The translations under genes and the position numbers were made by a program. Of a stretch of 64,000 bases of DNA, positions 40,168-51,041 are shown one piece after another. The DNA is from an uncultured cyanobacterium (GTDB taxonomy: Bacteria > Cyanobacteriota > Cyanobacteriia > Phormidesmidales > Phormidesmidaceae), in NCBI GenBank assembly GCA_963793265.1, contig CAWBZI010000001.1, positions 1,376,001 through 1,440,000 on the forward strand. The letters are read 5' to 3'. The notes beneath the pieces were generated by a model, which had not been told where the DNA came from, did no database searches, and saw only the letters and a program-made list of their open reading frames with translations. The first letter of the stretch is position 1. Each line of letters begins with the position of its first letter.

Positions 40168-40250
40168 GATCTAATTGTCCAATTCATATAACCTGACTTA
40201 CACCTTTTAACTGAGGCTACTAACTACAGCATTCCTAATATGTTAGATCT

Positions 40251-41546
40251 TTAAATGTCTAGACGCTGATACACCTTAGATAGGTTCCGCAGCTGATAGT
40301 CAGGGTTAAAGCACTCGTTGATTTCTTCAGGCGTAAGTTTCTCTTTTACCTGTGGATCGCTTTCGAGTAACTTCTGAAAGTTGCCGCCGGGGGTGTTCCA
40401 AGCTTGGTGAGCGTTGGTTTGCACAATGCGGTAGGCGTCTTCGCGGTTGATGCCTTTTTCCACAAGCGTGAGAAGGACGCGCTGAGAGAAGACTACGCCG
40501 CCGTAGAGATTCATGTTGCGCTTCATGTTTTCGGGGTATACCTGAAGCTTTTTGATTAGCTTGGTGGTTTCGACCAGCATGAAGTGGGTGAGGATGCAGC
40601 TATCGGGGAAGATAACGCGCTCTACGGAGCTGTGGGAAATGTCGCGTTCGTGCCAGAGGGCAACGTTTTCTAGGGCGGCGACGGCGTTTCCTCTGAGAAT
40701 GCGAGCCATGCCGGTAAGGCGTTCGGACTTGATGGGATTGCGCTTGTGGGGCATGGCCGATGAGCCCTTTTGGCCCTTGGCAAAGAATTCTTCAACTTCT
40801 AAGACATCGGTGCGCTGAAGATTGCGAATTTCGACGGCAAAGCGTTCTATCGATGCGCCGACGCCTGCAAGGGTCATGATGAATTCGGCGTGGACATCGC
40901 GGGAGATGACTTGAGTAGAGGCGGTGTCGGGCTTGAGGCCGAGGAGCTGGCAGGTGATTTCCTCGACTTCGGGGTCAATGTTGGCGTAGGTGCCGACTGC
41001 GCCGGAGATTTGGCCGACGGCGATTTCTTCGGAGATGCGGTTGAGGCGTTCGCGGTGGCGCTGCATTTCGGCCAGCCAGCCAGCCAGCTTAAAGCCGAAG
41101 GTCATGGGTTCGGCGTGGATGCCGTGCGACCTGCCGATCATGACCGTATCGCGATGCTCTTGGGCCTTATAGCGAATGGCCTGAATCAGATTTTCAACGT
41201 GCGTCAAAATGAGCTGATGGCTGGCGACAATCTGCAATGAGAGCGCCGTATCTAGTACGTCAGAGCTGGTCATGCCGACGTGGATGTAGCGGCCAGCATC
41301 CCCAACATACTCGTTAACGTTGGTCAAAAAAGCGATGACATCGTGGCGAACTTCGGCTTCGATTTCAAGAATGCGATCAACGTCGAACTTGGCCTTTTCC
41401 TTAATAGTCGCGACTGCTTCGGCTGGAATGCGACCGAGCTGGGCCTGCGCTTCACAGACGGCAATTTCTACCTGCAACCAGGTTTGAAACTTGTATTCGT
41501 CTGTCCAAAGTTCGCCCATCTCGGGCAAGGTATACCGTTCTATCAA
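40251..41546 (-). CDS. purB: Adenylosuccinate lyase
   Basis: RHDV, TSSD, GRSHGIHAEP, SSAMPHKRNP; TTG start. Confidence 0.98.
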   Translation of the reverse strand: MIERYTLPEMGELWTDEYKFQTWLQVEIAVCEAQAQLGRIPAEAVATIKEKAKFDVDRILEIEAEVRHDVIAFLTNVNEYVGDAGRYIHVGMTSSDVLDTALSLQIVASHQLILTHVENLIQAIRYKAQEHRDTVMIGRSHGIHAEPMTFGFKLAGWLAEMQRHRERLNRISEEIAVGQISGAVGTYANIDPEVEEITCQLLGLKPDTASTQVISRDVHAEFIMTLAGVGASIERFAVEIRNLQRTDVLEVEEFFAKGQKGSSAMPHKRNPIKSERLTGMARILRGNAVAALENVALWHERDISHSSVERVIFPDSCILTHFMLVETTKLIKKLQVYPENMKRNMNLYGGVVFSQRVLLTLVEKGINREDAYRIVQTNAHQAWNTPGGNFQKLLESDPQVKEKLTPEEINECFNPDYQLRNLSKVYQRLDI

Positions 41547-41774
41547 GGGAATCAACTGCCAAGAGCAACCGGATTATTTTATCGGGTATGTGCCCGGTAT
41601 AGGGTTCTGATTCCAAGACTTTTGCAATTTGTTGCTCAAATGTCTCAGCTTTGGTTGATAGATTTAGCGTTAGAATTCGGCGTTATTACGGGGTCTTAGG
41701 TATTTATACGGTTATTGAGGCGCGATCGCCCCTTGTAGGATGTTATGTCAGAAAATCGTTTGTGAAGGCATAGG

Positions 41775-43529
41775 GTGTTGGCGGATATGGAGCAGATGGG
41801 TGAGCGAGTAGAAGAAACGGCTCAATCAGCTAGCGAGCAGCGCTTCCAAGCTTTCATGGACAACTCGCCCAATTTAGCTTTTGCAAAGGAGGCAAGTACG
41901 GGCCGAATTGTGTATGTCAACCGGCCCTTTGAAACCTTTTTTCGGATTAAAGCAGCCGATATCATTGGCAAAACTGATTTCGACTGGCAGCCTTTAGAAA
42001 TCGCTCAGCACAATCAGCAAAATGACCGCGAGGTGGCGGAATCGGGTCAGTCTATGGAGGTGATTGAAACGGTTCCTGATGCGAACGGTACGCCGCAAGA
42101 ATGGCGAGTGCTTAAGTTTCCATATCGCGACGCGAACAATCAACTGTTTGTCGGTGGCATTGCGGTCAATATCACCGAGCAAAGGTGCTTAGAACGGCAG
42201 CTCTATCAGCAGGCTAACCACGACGAACTCACTCAGCTCGCCAACCGCAGACAGTTTGAGCGAGAGCTAACTGAAATGCTGCGGCCTAGAGAAAAGGTGG
42301 GCGTACTGTGCTATTTAGATCTCGATCAGTTCAAGCTGATTAACGATAGCTGCGGTCATGCGGCGGGCGATCAGCTATTGCAGCAGGTGGCTACTATTTT
42401 GACCAAGCAGGTGCGAACCAGTGATACGGTGGCTCGCTTAGGCGGCGACGAGTTTGCGATTCTCTTACGGCAGTGCTCTTTGGGGTTTGCGCGCGAAATT
42501 ACGAACCTTATGTGTCAACGAATTCGTGCGCTACGCTTTGTTTGGCAGGGTAGAACGTTTTCCATTGGGGCGAGCATTGGGGTTGTCGCGATCGCCTCAG
42601 AGAATGACGATGCCGCCGAAATTATGGCTGCTGCCGATGCCGCCTGCTATACCGCCAAAAAGACAGGTCGAAACCGCGTGCATGTTTATAATGCAGATGA
42701 TTTGAGCCTGTCGCGTCAGCGCGATCAGCAGCAGTGGTGTCTCAAGATTGACAGGGCGCTCGAAGAAAATCGCTTTCAGCTTTATCATCAGCCTATTGTG
42801 CCGGTAGGAATAAGCGATCGCCCCTACCTTCACACCGAAATCCTACTCCGCATAAAAGACGAACAGGGCCAGCTCATCGCGCCTATGGCCTTTATCCCTG
42901 CTGCCGAACGCTACCACCGAATGTCTTTGATCGATCAGTGGGTCGTGCGTCACTGTCTTGCAGAGCTAGGTCGAGATAGCGCTAATCAAGCAGGAAGTGG
43001 CGCACAAGGCAACCGAAAGCAGCGCAGCAAGTCATCCCATCGGCTCTATAACATAAATCTTTCAGGCGCTAGCCTCAGCGACAAACAGTGCTTAGCCACG
43101 CTCAAAGCCACCATTCAAGACAGTCGCATCAACCCTGCGCTACTTTGCTTTGAAATCACCGAAACTGCCGCCATTTCAAATCTTCGAGACGTCACCGTCT
43201 TTATGGCTACGCTCAAGCAGATTGGCTGTCAGTTCGCACTAGATGACTTTGGGAGCGGCATGTCTTCTTTTGGCTATCTCAGACAGCTCCCTGTGGACTA
43301 CATCAAAATCGACGGCAGCTTCATTCAAAATATAAAAGACCCGCTCAACGTTGCCATCGTGGGGTCGATTTGTAGCATTGGGCGAGCGATGAACTTTCAG
43401 GTGATTGCAGAGTCAGTAGAAGACAACACCACCCGTCGCAAGCTCAAAACGCTGGGCGTAGACTACGTACAGGGCTACGGCATTGCGACACCTGCGCCTT
43501 TTTCGCTAGCTCACAAGAGTGCTGCCTAA
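41775..43529 (+). CDS. PAS-GGDEF-EAL c-di-GMP enzyme
   Basis: PAS; RTSD I-site + GGDEF; EIL, EITE, DDFGSG, KIDGSF, QGY. Confidence 0.95.
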   Translation: MLADMEQMGERVEETAQSASEQRFQAFMDNSPNLAFAKEASTGRIVYVNRPFETFFRIKAADIIGKTDFDWQPLEIAQHNQQNDREVAESGQSMEVIETVPDANGTPQEWRVLKFPYRDANNQLFVGGIAVNITEQRCLERQLYQQANHDELTQLANRRQFERELTEMLRPREKVGVLCYLDLDQFKLINDSCGHAAGDQLLQQVATILTKQVRTSDTVARLGGDEFAILLRQCSLGFAREITNLMCQRIRALRFVWQGRTFSIGASIGVVAIASENDDAAEIMAAADAACYTAKKTGRNRVHVYNADDLSLSRQRDQQQWCLKIDRALEENRFQLYHQPIVPVGISDRPYLHTEILLRIKDEQGQLIAPMAFIPAAERYHRMSLIDQWVVRHCLAELGRDSANQAGSGAQGNRKQRSKSSHRLYNINLSGASLSDKQCLATLKATIQDSRINPALLCFEITETAAISNLRDVTVFMATLKQIGCQFALDDFGSGMSSFGYLRQLPVDYIKIDGSFIQNIKDPLNVAIVGSICSIGRAMNFQVIAESVEDNTTRRKLKTLGVDYVQGYGIATPAPFSLAHKSAA

Positions 43530-43565
43530 CAGTTGCTTGCTCAGAAAAGTGATAGGACGCGTAGC

Positions 43566-43799
43566 CTAACGAGCGCTTCTAACCACAACCCTTTGCGCCT
43601 GTTCTTGCGCTTGTTCTTGCGCCTGCGAAGGCTGAGAGTATGATTGCAGTACTGACCAGCAAAGCTTAATTGCCAAAATCGCCAGGCCACCAATGATCCC
43701 TACGGTGACCATGATCTCGGGCACGTGGAGAATCGATAGGGCTATGCCAACGGCAATGAGAGAAAGAATACTCTTGTTCACGGATCGTTCCTCCAGCAA
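43566..43799 (-). CDS. Small two-TM hypothetical protein
   Basis: Hydrophobic hairpin, QAQE repeats; start may be GTG further in. Confidence 0.55.
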   Translation of the reverse strand: MLEERSVNKSILSLIAVGIALSILHVPEIMVTVGIIGGLAILAIKLCWSVLQSYSQPSQAQEQAQEQAQRVVVRSAR

Positions 43800-43995
43800 T
43801 AATGGCCTACATATTTCAATGCTAACGATAGAAACCAGTTACGATCCCCAAAGCGGCGAAACCTTAGTAACGCTTAACGTGTGTAGCGAAACTAAAACAA
43901 TTGGATACAGAAGTTAATGGAAAAAGAACACATAGCTCAATAGTAGCCTGAGAGAACATCTTTGGGTCACTCACTCAAACAGTCGGCTCAGTCTA

Positions 43996-44325
43996 TTAGC
44001 TCAAGTCAGCATCAATGGCTTCGGCATTTTCTTCACTGGGCACGTCGGTCGTAATTTTTAGATGAGCAACATTAACGATACCGACACCCACTTCTAGCTT
44101 CACGCGCTCGGTATTCATCTGCTTGGCCCGAACCTGATCTCCAGCCACCTTCAGAATATCTAGCGCCTGATCGACCGCCGTCTGAATGGCCTCTTCAGTG
44201 GCTTCTTCAGCACCGCCCGTCATATTAGAAACGGTGCTAGCCACGTCACCACCCGCTTTCTCAACGGCATTGGTGACTTTGTTCATAAGTTTTTTGCTCT
44301 GTTGAGAAATATCGGAAGAGGCCAT
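43996..44325 (-). CDS. Hypothetical protein
   Basis: Uninterrupted ORF with normal composition. Confidence 0.6.
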   Translation of the reverse strand: MASSDISQQSKKLMNKVTNAVEKAGGDVASTVSNMTGGAEEATEEAIQTAVDQALDILKVAGDQVRAKQMNTERVKLEVGVGIVNVAHLKITTDVPSEENAEAIDADLS

Positions 44326-44436
44326 CAACAAGTACGCATAGATAACAGCAGCTAAACGACTCGCGTCTAACTGCTGCTTACTATCGACGAGTCCTCTTAC
44401 CGTTGCATCAACCTTTAGCTAGAGCTACAGGATTAG

Positions 44437-46107
44437 CTAGATGTCTTCTGGCTCCATACCTGCGACCACAGGGGCTGTCTTGCTCAGCTTTAGCTCAGGA
44501 TGATCGCTTTCAGTTTGGCGGCAGTTCCACTCATTTTTAAACAGTAATACGGGGCGACCATAGCTGTCTTTCACAGTCGCCGTGTTGAAAATACGTCCAG
44601 CTTTCTCTATCGCTGGCCATCCACCCGTCGCCCAGCGCGCCACACTGTAGCCAATCGGCTCTAATAGCGTCTCCACGTTGTACTCATTCCTGAGTCGAAA
44701 CTGCACCACCTCAAACTGAAGCTGACCCACCGCCGCCAAAATCGGATCTCTGCGGGACTCATCGGCAGAATACATAATTTGCACCGCACCTTCTTCTCTC
44801 AGCTCAGAGACACCTTTGCGAAACTGTTTGAATTTTGAGGGGTTTGGGTTCTTGAGATAGGCAAACATTTCGGGAGAGAAGAAGGGAATGCCTTCGTACT
44901 CCAGTTTTTCGCCCTGGTAGATGGTGTCGCCAATGGCAAATACGCCGGGGTTGTTAAGTCCAATCACGTCACCAGGGTAGGCAACTTCAAGTGATTCTCG
45001 CCCCTGGCCAAACAGCTTTTGGGGGTGAGAGAGGCGCACGTTTTTGCCGGTGCGAGCATGACTGACTACCATGTCTTTTTCAAACTTGCCAGAGCAAACG
45101 CGGATGAATGCAACGCGATCGCGATGCCTTGGATCCATATTGGCCTGAAGCTTGAAAATGAAGCCCGAAAATTCTTCATTTGTAGGCGGCACTGAGCCAA
45201 TTGTGCTCTCATGAGGGCCGGGCTTAAGACCGTAGTCTAGGAAAGCCTCCAAAAATAGCTCAACGCCAAAGTTCGTCATGGCGCTGCCAAAAAACACAGG
45301 CGTCATCTGGCCCGCGTGCACCATTTCAAGATCCAAGCTAGGGCCAATCTCATCGAGCATTTCTAGCTCTTCTAGAAACTGTTCGTATAGCTCGGTGGTC
45401 ACTAGCTCCTCAAGGCGCGGATCGTCCAGATCGAGCACAGTGTCTTTCGCTTCTTTACTGCCGTGCGCGGTACGCTCGAACAGGTGCACTTTGCGTTTGC
45501 GGCGATCAAACACGCCTTTGAATCTGTCGCCTATGCCAATCGGCCAGTTCACCGCATACGTGGTTAGCCCCAGCTCCTGCTCAATCTCATCTAGCAGCTC
45601 AAGCGGTTCGCGCCCAGGCCGATCCATCTTATTAAAGAAGGTAAAAATTGGCATGTCGCGCATTCGACACACTTCAAAGAGCTTTCGCGTTTGCGGCTCT
45701 AGCCCCTTCGCAGCGTCTTCGAGCATCACCGCATTATCAGCAGCAGCTAAGGTGCGATAGGTATCTTCACTAAAGTCTTGGTGACCGGGCGTATCGAGCA
45801 GATTTATTCGGTAGTCGTCATAGTTAAATTGCAGCACGGTCGAGGTAATCGAAATGCCTCTTTGCTGCTCTAGCTCCATCCAGTCAGAAACCGCGTGTCG
45901 TTGCGCTCTGCGGGCTTTTACTGAGCCTGCCTCATGAATGGCTCCCCCATAAAGCAGCAGCTTCTCTGTCAGGGTCGTTTTACCGGCGTCAGGGTGGGAG
46001 ATAATAGCAAAATTGCGCCGCTGCTCTACGGCTTCGGCAATCTCACTGCTGCTTTTATCTACGCTGCTTTTATCTACGCTGCTTTTATCTATAAGAGTGG
46101 AGGTCAT
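44437..46107 (-). CDS. prfC: Peptide chain release factor 3
   Basis: [42 protein letters not shown]. Confidence 0.98.
   Translation of the reverse strand: MTSTLIDKSSVDKSSVDKSSSEIAEAVEQRRNFAIISHPDAGKTTLTEKLLLYGGAIHEAGSVKARRAQRHAVSDWMELEQQRGISITSTVLQFNYDDYRINLLDTPGHQDFSEDTYRTLAAADNAVMLEDAAKGLEPQTRKLFEVCRMRDMPIFTFFNKMDRPGREPLELLDEIEQELGLTTYAVNWPIGIGDRFKGVFDRRKRKVHLFERTAHGSKEAKDTVLDLDDPRLEELVTTELYEQFLEELEMLDEIGPSLDLEMVHAGQMTPVFFGSAMTNFGVELFLEAFLDYGLKPGPHESTIGSVPPTNEEFSGFIFKLQANMDPRHRDRVAFIRVCSGKFEKDMVVSHARTGKNVRLSHPQKLFGQGRESLEVAYPGDVIGLNNPGVFAIGDTIYQGEKLEYEGIPFFSPEMFAYLKNPNPSKFKQFRKGVSELREEGAVQIMYSADESRRDPILAAVGQLQFEVVQFRLRNEYNVETLLEPIGYSVARWATGGWPAIEKAGRIFNTATVKDSYGRPVLLFKNEWNCRQTESDHPELKLSKTAPVVAGMEPEDI
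46048..46092 (-). repeat. 15-bp tandem repeat x3 at prfC N-terminus (VDKSS)
   Basis: GCTGCTTTTATCTAC x3. Confidence 0.9.
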
Positions 46108-46353
46108 AGTTGGCGCTGTAGCTTAGTTGCACTAATTGTAATGCTTAGTGTGAAGCGATCACGCCATCTAATACGGCGGAAAACCGTGCATAGTCTGAAT
46201 AAGGATTTAGCAGAAATGAAGGGCTTTGTTGGCTGAGGTGTTTGTTGTTTTGAGTGCTTAGGCGATCGCACGGGACTCTTAGAAACCTTTCCGATCGCGA
46301 TTAAGCCTCTGGTAGAGATTAATAATTATCTTTTACATAAACCAGCTTTAACA

Positions 46354-46584
46354 ATGAATCGATTAACCGTTTCTCTACCAGATAACGTTCACGCTCGGCT
46401 CAAGGATTTGGCCAAGCGTGAAGGGGTTTCGATGAACCAGTATGTCGCCTACGCGATCGCCCATCAGGTTGAAACGCCAGAAGGAAGCTCACCATTAGGC
46501 GATTTAGACGATCTATTAGATGACTCCGACGAAGCCGACGTGTCTTATCTATGGCCAACAAAAGCGACAGGTAGACGCGTTTAA
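46354..46584 (+). CDS. Ribbon-helix-helix protein (HicB-like/antitoxin-like, orphan)
   Basis: RLTVSLPDNVHARLKDLAKREGVSMNQYV. Confidence 0.8.
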   Translation: MNRLTVSLPDNVHARLKDLAKREGVSMNQYVAYAIAHQVETPEGSSPLGDLDDLLDDSDEADVSYLWPTKATGRRV

Positions 46585-46760
46585 GCGCTAGGTCTAGAGA
46601 TTTTTTGATTGTCAGAAGCTGCTTTCTCAGCGCGGCTGTCGAGAATGCCGAATACGAAAGTAGGCAGCGTGAGCACCGCAATAAAGCCCGCCGCGTAGAC
46701 GGCAACTTCTAGGCCGGAAGGGAGATGGATGAAGTCGGAAATGGTGGTGTATGCGAGCAT
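46581..46760 (-). CDS. Small single-TM protein (59 aa)
   Basis: AGGAG RBS before ATG at 46760; hydrophobic VAVYAAGFIAVLTLPTFVFGIL. Confidence 0.65.
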   Translation of the reverse strand: MLAYTTISDFIHLPSGLEVAVYAAGFIAVLTLPTFVFGILDSRAEKAASDNQKISRPSA

Positions 46761-46957
46761 GAGAAGTTTCTCCTGGTAGGTAGGCCATCTATTATTGATT
46801 AACAGAAATAGCCACAAATAATTGAGCGATGGTGATGTGATAACACACCTTGCAGGTGGCTGCGCGCTGGTTGCAACAGATTGTGTATGTCATTTTTTTG
46901 ACTGTTGTTTACGTTGCTTATTATTCTGTTATTTAGCGCAAACATTTAGCGTCACAG

Positions 46958-47296
46958 TTAAAGAATAACCATGAGTAAACTGAGTGCAATAATCGTGAAT
47001 ACCACAATCCGAAAGCCATATTTTCGCTGCCAGGGAATGTGATAAATCTCTTGGCGGGTAGGCTCTGGCGAGGCGTTTACATCCTGATAAAGTGTGCAGG
47101 TCATGGCGGTAGGTCGCTTAGGGAACGTGCAGCTATCGTCTTTGTCATAAAGGCAGGTGGCACACAGCGGCTCTGCGCCCGTAGCGCGCTGTAATGTCAT
47201 GCCCGCATGACCATGCGCTGCCAGGGTTAGCTGGCAGTGGGGGCACTTGACTGCGCTGCTAGAGATGAGGCGATCGCACCGAGGACATTGCGGCAT
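46958..47296 (-). CDS. Zinc-ribbon membrane protein
   Basis: CPRC, CPHC, CATC..C..C and C-terminal TM. Confidence 0.8.
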   Translation of the reverse strand: MPQCPRCDRLISSSAVKCPHCQLTLAAHGHAGMTLQRATGAEPLCATCLYDKDDSCTFPKRPTAMTCTLYQDVNASPEPTRQEIYHIPWQRKYGFRIVVFTIIALSLLMVIL

Positions 47297-47388
47297 GAGG
47301 CAAAAGAGGCGATCGCAATAGCGCGCCCAACAAAAGGTTAATGTGCCTCAATAATGCCGCATTCGTTAACCCTATGTGTAGCTTGTCG

Positions 47389-49112
47389 TCATGCGACACT
47401 CTCAACAGCTAGCAGTGAAGGCTCAACGAATGGATCAAGCTGAAGATTGGCCAGAAAACTACTAGAAGACGATGGTGCTGTGTCGCTCGGGAGACTTTGA
47501 CCCGCACGCTCTAGCAGAGGAGCCTCTACCCGTTGAGCTGCGACCTGCTGTTCACCCCTGACCAGCAGATCATTCTCGTCAATCGCAACAATCTCAATCG
47601 CCTTGATCGCTGGGTGCTGAGACTTATGAATAAATTCCAGGTCGATCGTGCCGTCGCTGGTGATCCGCTGAGTGAGCACCGAGGCTTTATTGAGCTGATT
47701 GCCGCCGAGCTGGAATGTATCTATATTGGCAAAAGTCTCAGGGACAGTGCCGTCTACGCTGATGTCGAATATGCGAGCGCCCGAGCGATCGCCACTATTA
47801 TTCAAATCAGGCAAATTCGCATAGCTTTCCGACAGATACAGCTTTACCTCAACGTTCGTTCCAGCTTCCACATCAAAGGCCCACTGCATTTCGCCCGCCG
47901 CATCGTTGTCTCTATCCCAGCGCTCTGTGTTGAACAACGTAGAGGGGCCCGCAAGTGAGGGTAGCGAAGAGATATTTGCCGGGGCAGAGGTTTGAGTGCT
48001 GTTGTTAGAGCCCGCATTGGTAAAAAAAGGTGGCGGCTCGGCAACAGGGCTACCGCTGACTGCGGTAATCTCTATCTCATCAAAAACAGCCTGAAACGTA
48101 TTCGCCGGAGGTGCGCCTGTGTTCGTCGAAAACAGTCCAACCGCCAGCCCTGAAGACTGACCTTGCACCGTATAGTCTCCTTATTATCGCATTAAGCACA
48201 GACGTGCCATTTGGTACGTTAAGAAGGCTTGGAATGTTCGTCGGCTGTCCGTCCGCTCCGTCGATAGGATTGCCGTCTAGATTAGCGTTTGAGCCGTTAT
48301 CAACGGTATAGAGCTGACCGGATTGCGAAATGACCAAATCAAACGGATTGCGAAAGCCATCTGCATAAATTCTTAGCGGCGCATCGGCAGGCAAAATGGA
48401 CATGTTAAGCCCGTCATTACCACCCCACGGCCCGGCCACGTCTAGTCCGTCGCCATTTTCGCGATCGCCATCATTCGCCACCGAAGGGTCGTCTAAAGTT
48501 GGCAAATCGTATATGTACTGCCGCGATGCACCATTCTGTCCACCTGCTGGATCGGTTAGAACCGCTCGACTGTTGATGTCATTGAGGTCAATTTCTAACA
48601 CCGCGCCCGACAGCGCATATTCACCTGTGTAGGAGAAAACCTGGAAGGCGCGCCGTTGTTTGTATTACCACCCTGAGCGACATAGAGCTTAGTACCGTCT
48701 GGGCTGAGCACCAGTCCGTTGGTCGAGTGGTTTTGCTCTGAGCGTGGCAGTCCTCTGACAATATCGACCGCCTGCCAACTGCCACCATTGCGGGTGAGCC
48801 TGGTAATTACACGCTAATCCCATTGGCCGAACCATCATCATTGTGGTTCTGAATTGCCTTAACCAAATTAATTTCTTCAGCAGCAGTTGCAACATACTGA
48901 CCGTTTTGCAGCTCAACAGTGAATGCATTGATCGCGCCGTTCTGTTCAGAAACATAGAGCCTGCCATCGGGGCCGAACTGAAGCGATGTAGGGTTGCTAA
49001 GCGGACTCGACCCGTTAATAGCCGACTGAAACTGACCTGCTGAGCTGAAGCTGATATCAACCATTTCGCTGAGCCCTGGATAAGGAGTAGATGCACCGGA
49101 GGCATCCAACAA
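47389..49112 (-). pseudogene. Fragmented beta-propeller (GSDH-like)/malectin large surface protein
   Basis: Pieces NPTSLQFGPDGRLY / RGLPRSEQNHSTNG / GFRNPFD / malectin-like ERWD..RIFDISVDG..AIKAIEI in different frames; frameshifts near 48810, 48638, 48181. Confidence 0.8.
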
Positions 49113-49256
49113 GACGCATCAACTTAATTTGGTGTTCCAAGTCACCGTTTTTCCAGCCCAATCTGAGCCCAGAATCATACGGTAAACCGCCTGTAAACCC
49201 AGAGAATAGTTTGTCAAAATAGGGATGTAATTTCTACGCTGCCAGGAGCTTGCGAT

Positions 49257-49580
49257 ATGGACACCTCGAATCTACTCAGACAGCTATTAATGGTGGGCGT
49301 TGGCACCACCTCATTAGTGGCCGAACGGGTTAAAAAAATGAGCGAGGAGCTAGTGCGCGATGGCAAGCTTGATCCCGATCAGGCAAAAGGCTTTGTCGAT
49401 GACTTTATGTCTCAGATGAATATCGATCAGGCCACCATTGAAAAGCAGATGCAACGACAGGTGCGTAACATAATGCAAGATTTGGGTGTGCCCCGGCAGT
49501 CGGAAATGGATGAGCTACGCGGACGGCTCGATCGCTTAGAAAGACAGCTCCGCGATCTAGAAAATAAGAACTGGAGCTGA
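49257..49580 (+). CDS. Phasin-like (granule-associated family) protein
   Basis: LLMVGVGTTS...DLGVPRQSEMDELRGRLDRLE; RBS AGGAG. Confidence 0.75.
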   Translation: MDTSNLLRQLLMVGVGTTSLVAERVKKMSEELVRDGKLDPDQAKGFVDDFMSQMNIDQATIEKQMQRQVRNIMQDLGVPRQSEMDELRGRLDRLERQLRDLENKNWS

Positions 49581-49703
49581 GCTTAGATTACGTCATTAAG
49601 ATCGCGTTCTAGTTTCCAATTCTTAAGGGCGGCTACATCTCGCTCAAAACCGTCGTACACTGTGCGAGGACACCAAAGATTTATCGACACCTATTGATTA
49701 AGT

Positions 49704-50273
49704 ATGAGAGAAATATTAATTAGCTTTGGCGTGGTTGTCGCTTGCTGCGCGGTGCTGCTAGTCGCTCAGTTCACAGGCGGCGATAGCGAAACAGCGGTTG
49801 CTGGCGATACGTTGCAGGCTCCTGCCGCGCAGACTGAGACGCTAATAGCTCAGGGCAGCGCGAGTGATTTGGTGACAGGCAGTACTACAGGAGGAGACGC
49901 GGTGACAAACCCACAGGCAGACGCCAACAATATTGTAACGACTGATTCGGGCCTTAAGTATGAGGTGATTGCAGAGGGCGATGGGGCTAAGCCTCAGCCA
50001 GGCAATCGCGTGTTTGTGCACTATGTTGGCACGTTAGAAGACGGCACTAAGTTTGATAGTTCGCGCGATCGCGGTCGTCCTTTTGATTTCACTATCGGCC
50101 AGGGCCAGGTGATCAAAGGCTGGGATGAAGGCGTTGGCGACATGCAAGTCGGCGACAGACGCAAGCTAATCATCCCTCCCGAACTCGGTTACGGTGCTCG
50201 TGGTGCAGGCGGCGTCATTCCCCCGAATGCAACTCTGATTTTTGATGTAGAGCTGCTGCGGATTGGTAGCTAG
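49704..50273 (+). CDS. FKBP-type peptidyl-prolyl isomerase
   Basis: [38 protein letters not shown]. Confidence 0.96.
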   Translation: MREILISFGVVVACCAVLLVAQFTGGDSETAVAGDTLQAPAAQTETLIAQGSASDLVTGSTTGGDAVTNPQADANNIVTTDSGLKYEVIAEGDGAKPQPGNRVFVHYVGTLEDGTKFDSSRDRGRPFDFTIGQGQVIKGWDEGVGDMQVGDRRKLIIPPELGYGARGAGGVIPPNATLIFDVELLRIGS

Positions 50274-50300
50274 TCGATAGAAGTTTATTTGCTCAGCCGA

Positions 50301-50351
50301 AAGCCCGTACTTCTAGAGCGTTTGCTTTAAAGAGGTACGGGCTTGTTTTTT
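50301..50351 (+). terminator. Intrinsic terminator
   Basis: AAGCCCGTAC...GTACGGGCTT then GTTTTTT. Confidence 0.75.
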
Positions 50352-50446
50352 GTTTAGAGTGCAACTGGTACTAATGAGAGCAGTGCACAACAACATGCAA
50401 CAAGAAACATCAAAGGTAGCTATCTATCTTCATTCTTTATTGCCGC

Positions 50447-50929
50447 CTATGTAGTTTGACAAACTATTAAGTGATCGCCTGCCGGGCAGATAATATGGTT
50501 CTTTTCAAGCCGTTCTTGGCTGTCTAATGTTAGTGAAAACTCTGTTCCTTTAACTCCCTTTATAGGTATGTCATTCATTGGGACTTTTGACCAATAGTAG
50601 CGGCAATTCCAAAGTGCATAGAGCCTAGTGATCACAAATTTATCCGAAGGTGATAACAAACCTTTACTTTGCAAAATTCGATCAACGACATTCTGAAATT
50701 CATCTTCTATTTCTTTGCCATAGCCTTTCTCAGCTCGTTCGTCCCACTTACGCCGAGCCCAAAATATTTTGTCGTTGGGTCTAGCGCTGCGTCTCTTCTG
50801 CTGCTGAAACATGTAAATATCTACAAGGCCATCTTCCTTGCAAAATCTACTGATACTACGACTTGGAAAGATATGTTGTAGAAGAGACAATTCGTAAGGA
50901 TTTCCCGTTTGTGTAGGTTCTGACTTCAT
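50447..50929 (-). CDS. AT-rich hypothetical, DUF4238-like N-terminal fragment (possibly truncated)
   Basis: QHIFP..I.RF motif; AT-rich; abrupt end. Confidence 0.45.
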   Translation of the reverse strand: MKSEPTQTGNPYELSLLQHIFPSRSISRFCKEDGLVDIYMFQQQKRRSARPNDKIFWARRKWDERAEKGYGKEIEDEFQNVVDRILQSKGLLSPSDKFVITRLYALWNCRYYWSKVPMNDIPIKGVKGTEFSLTLDSQERLEKNHIICPAGDHLIVCQTT

Positions 50930-51041
50930 TCAGTGATCTTTGATGACTCTTACAATGGAAAAGCACAGATAACCTTACTTCCAAGATGTTCAGGTTGGCT
51001 TCTAAAGCTGAATCTCTTGAACAGATAAAACTCAGCGTCCA

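Noticed and set aside
41126..41133. Possible lost HIP1 in purB (GCGACCTG at Gly-Arg-Ser) after a long G-rich tract
   Set aside because: Three mismatches to HIP1, and C-ending codon bias of a minus-strand gene could explain the tract
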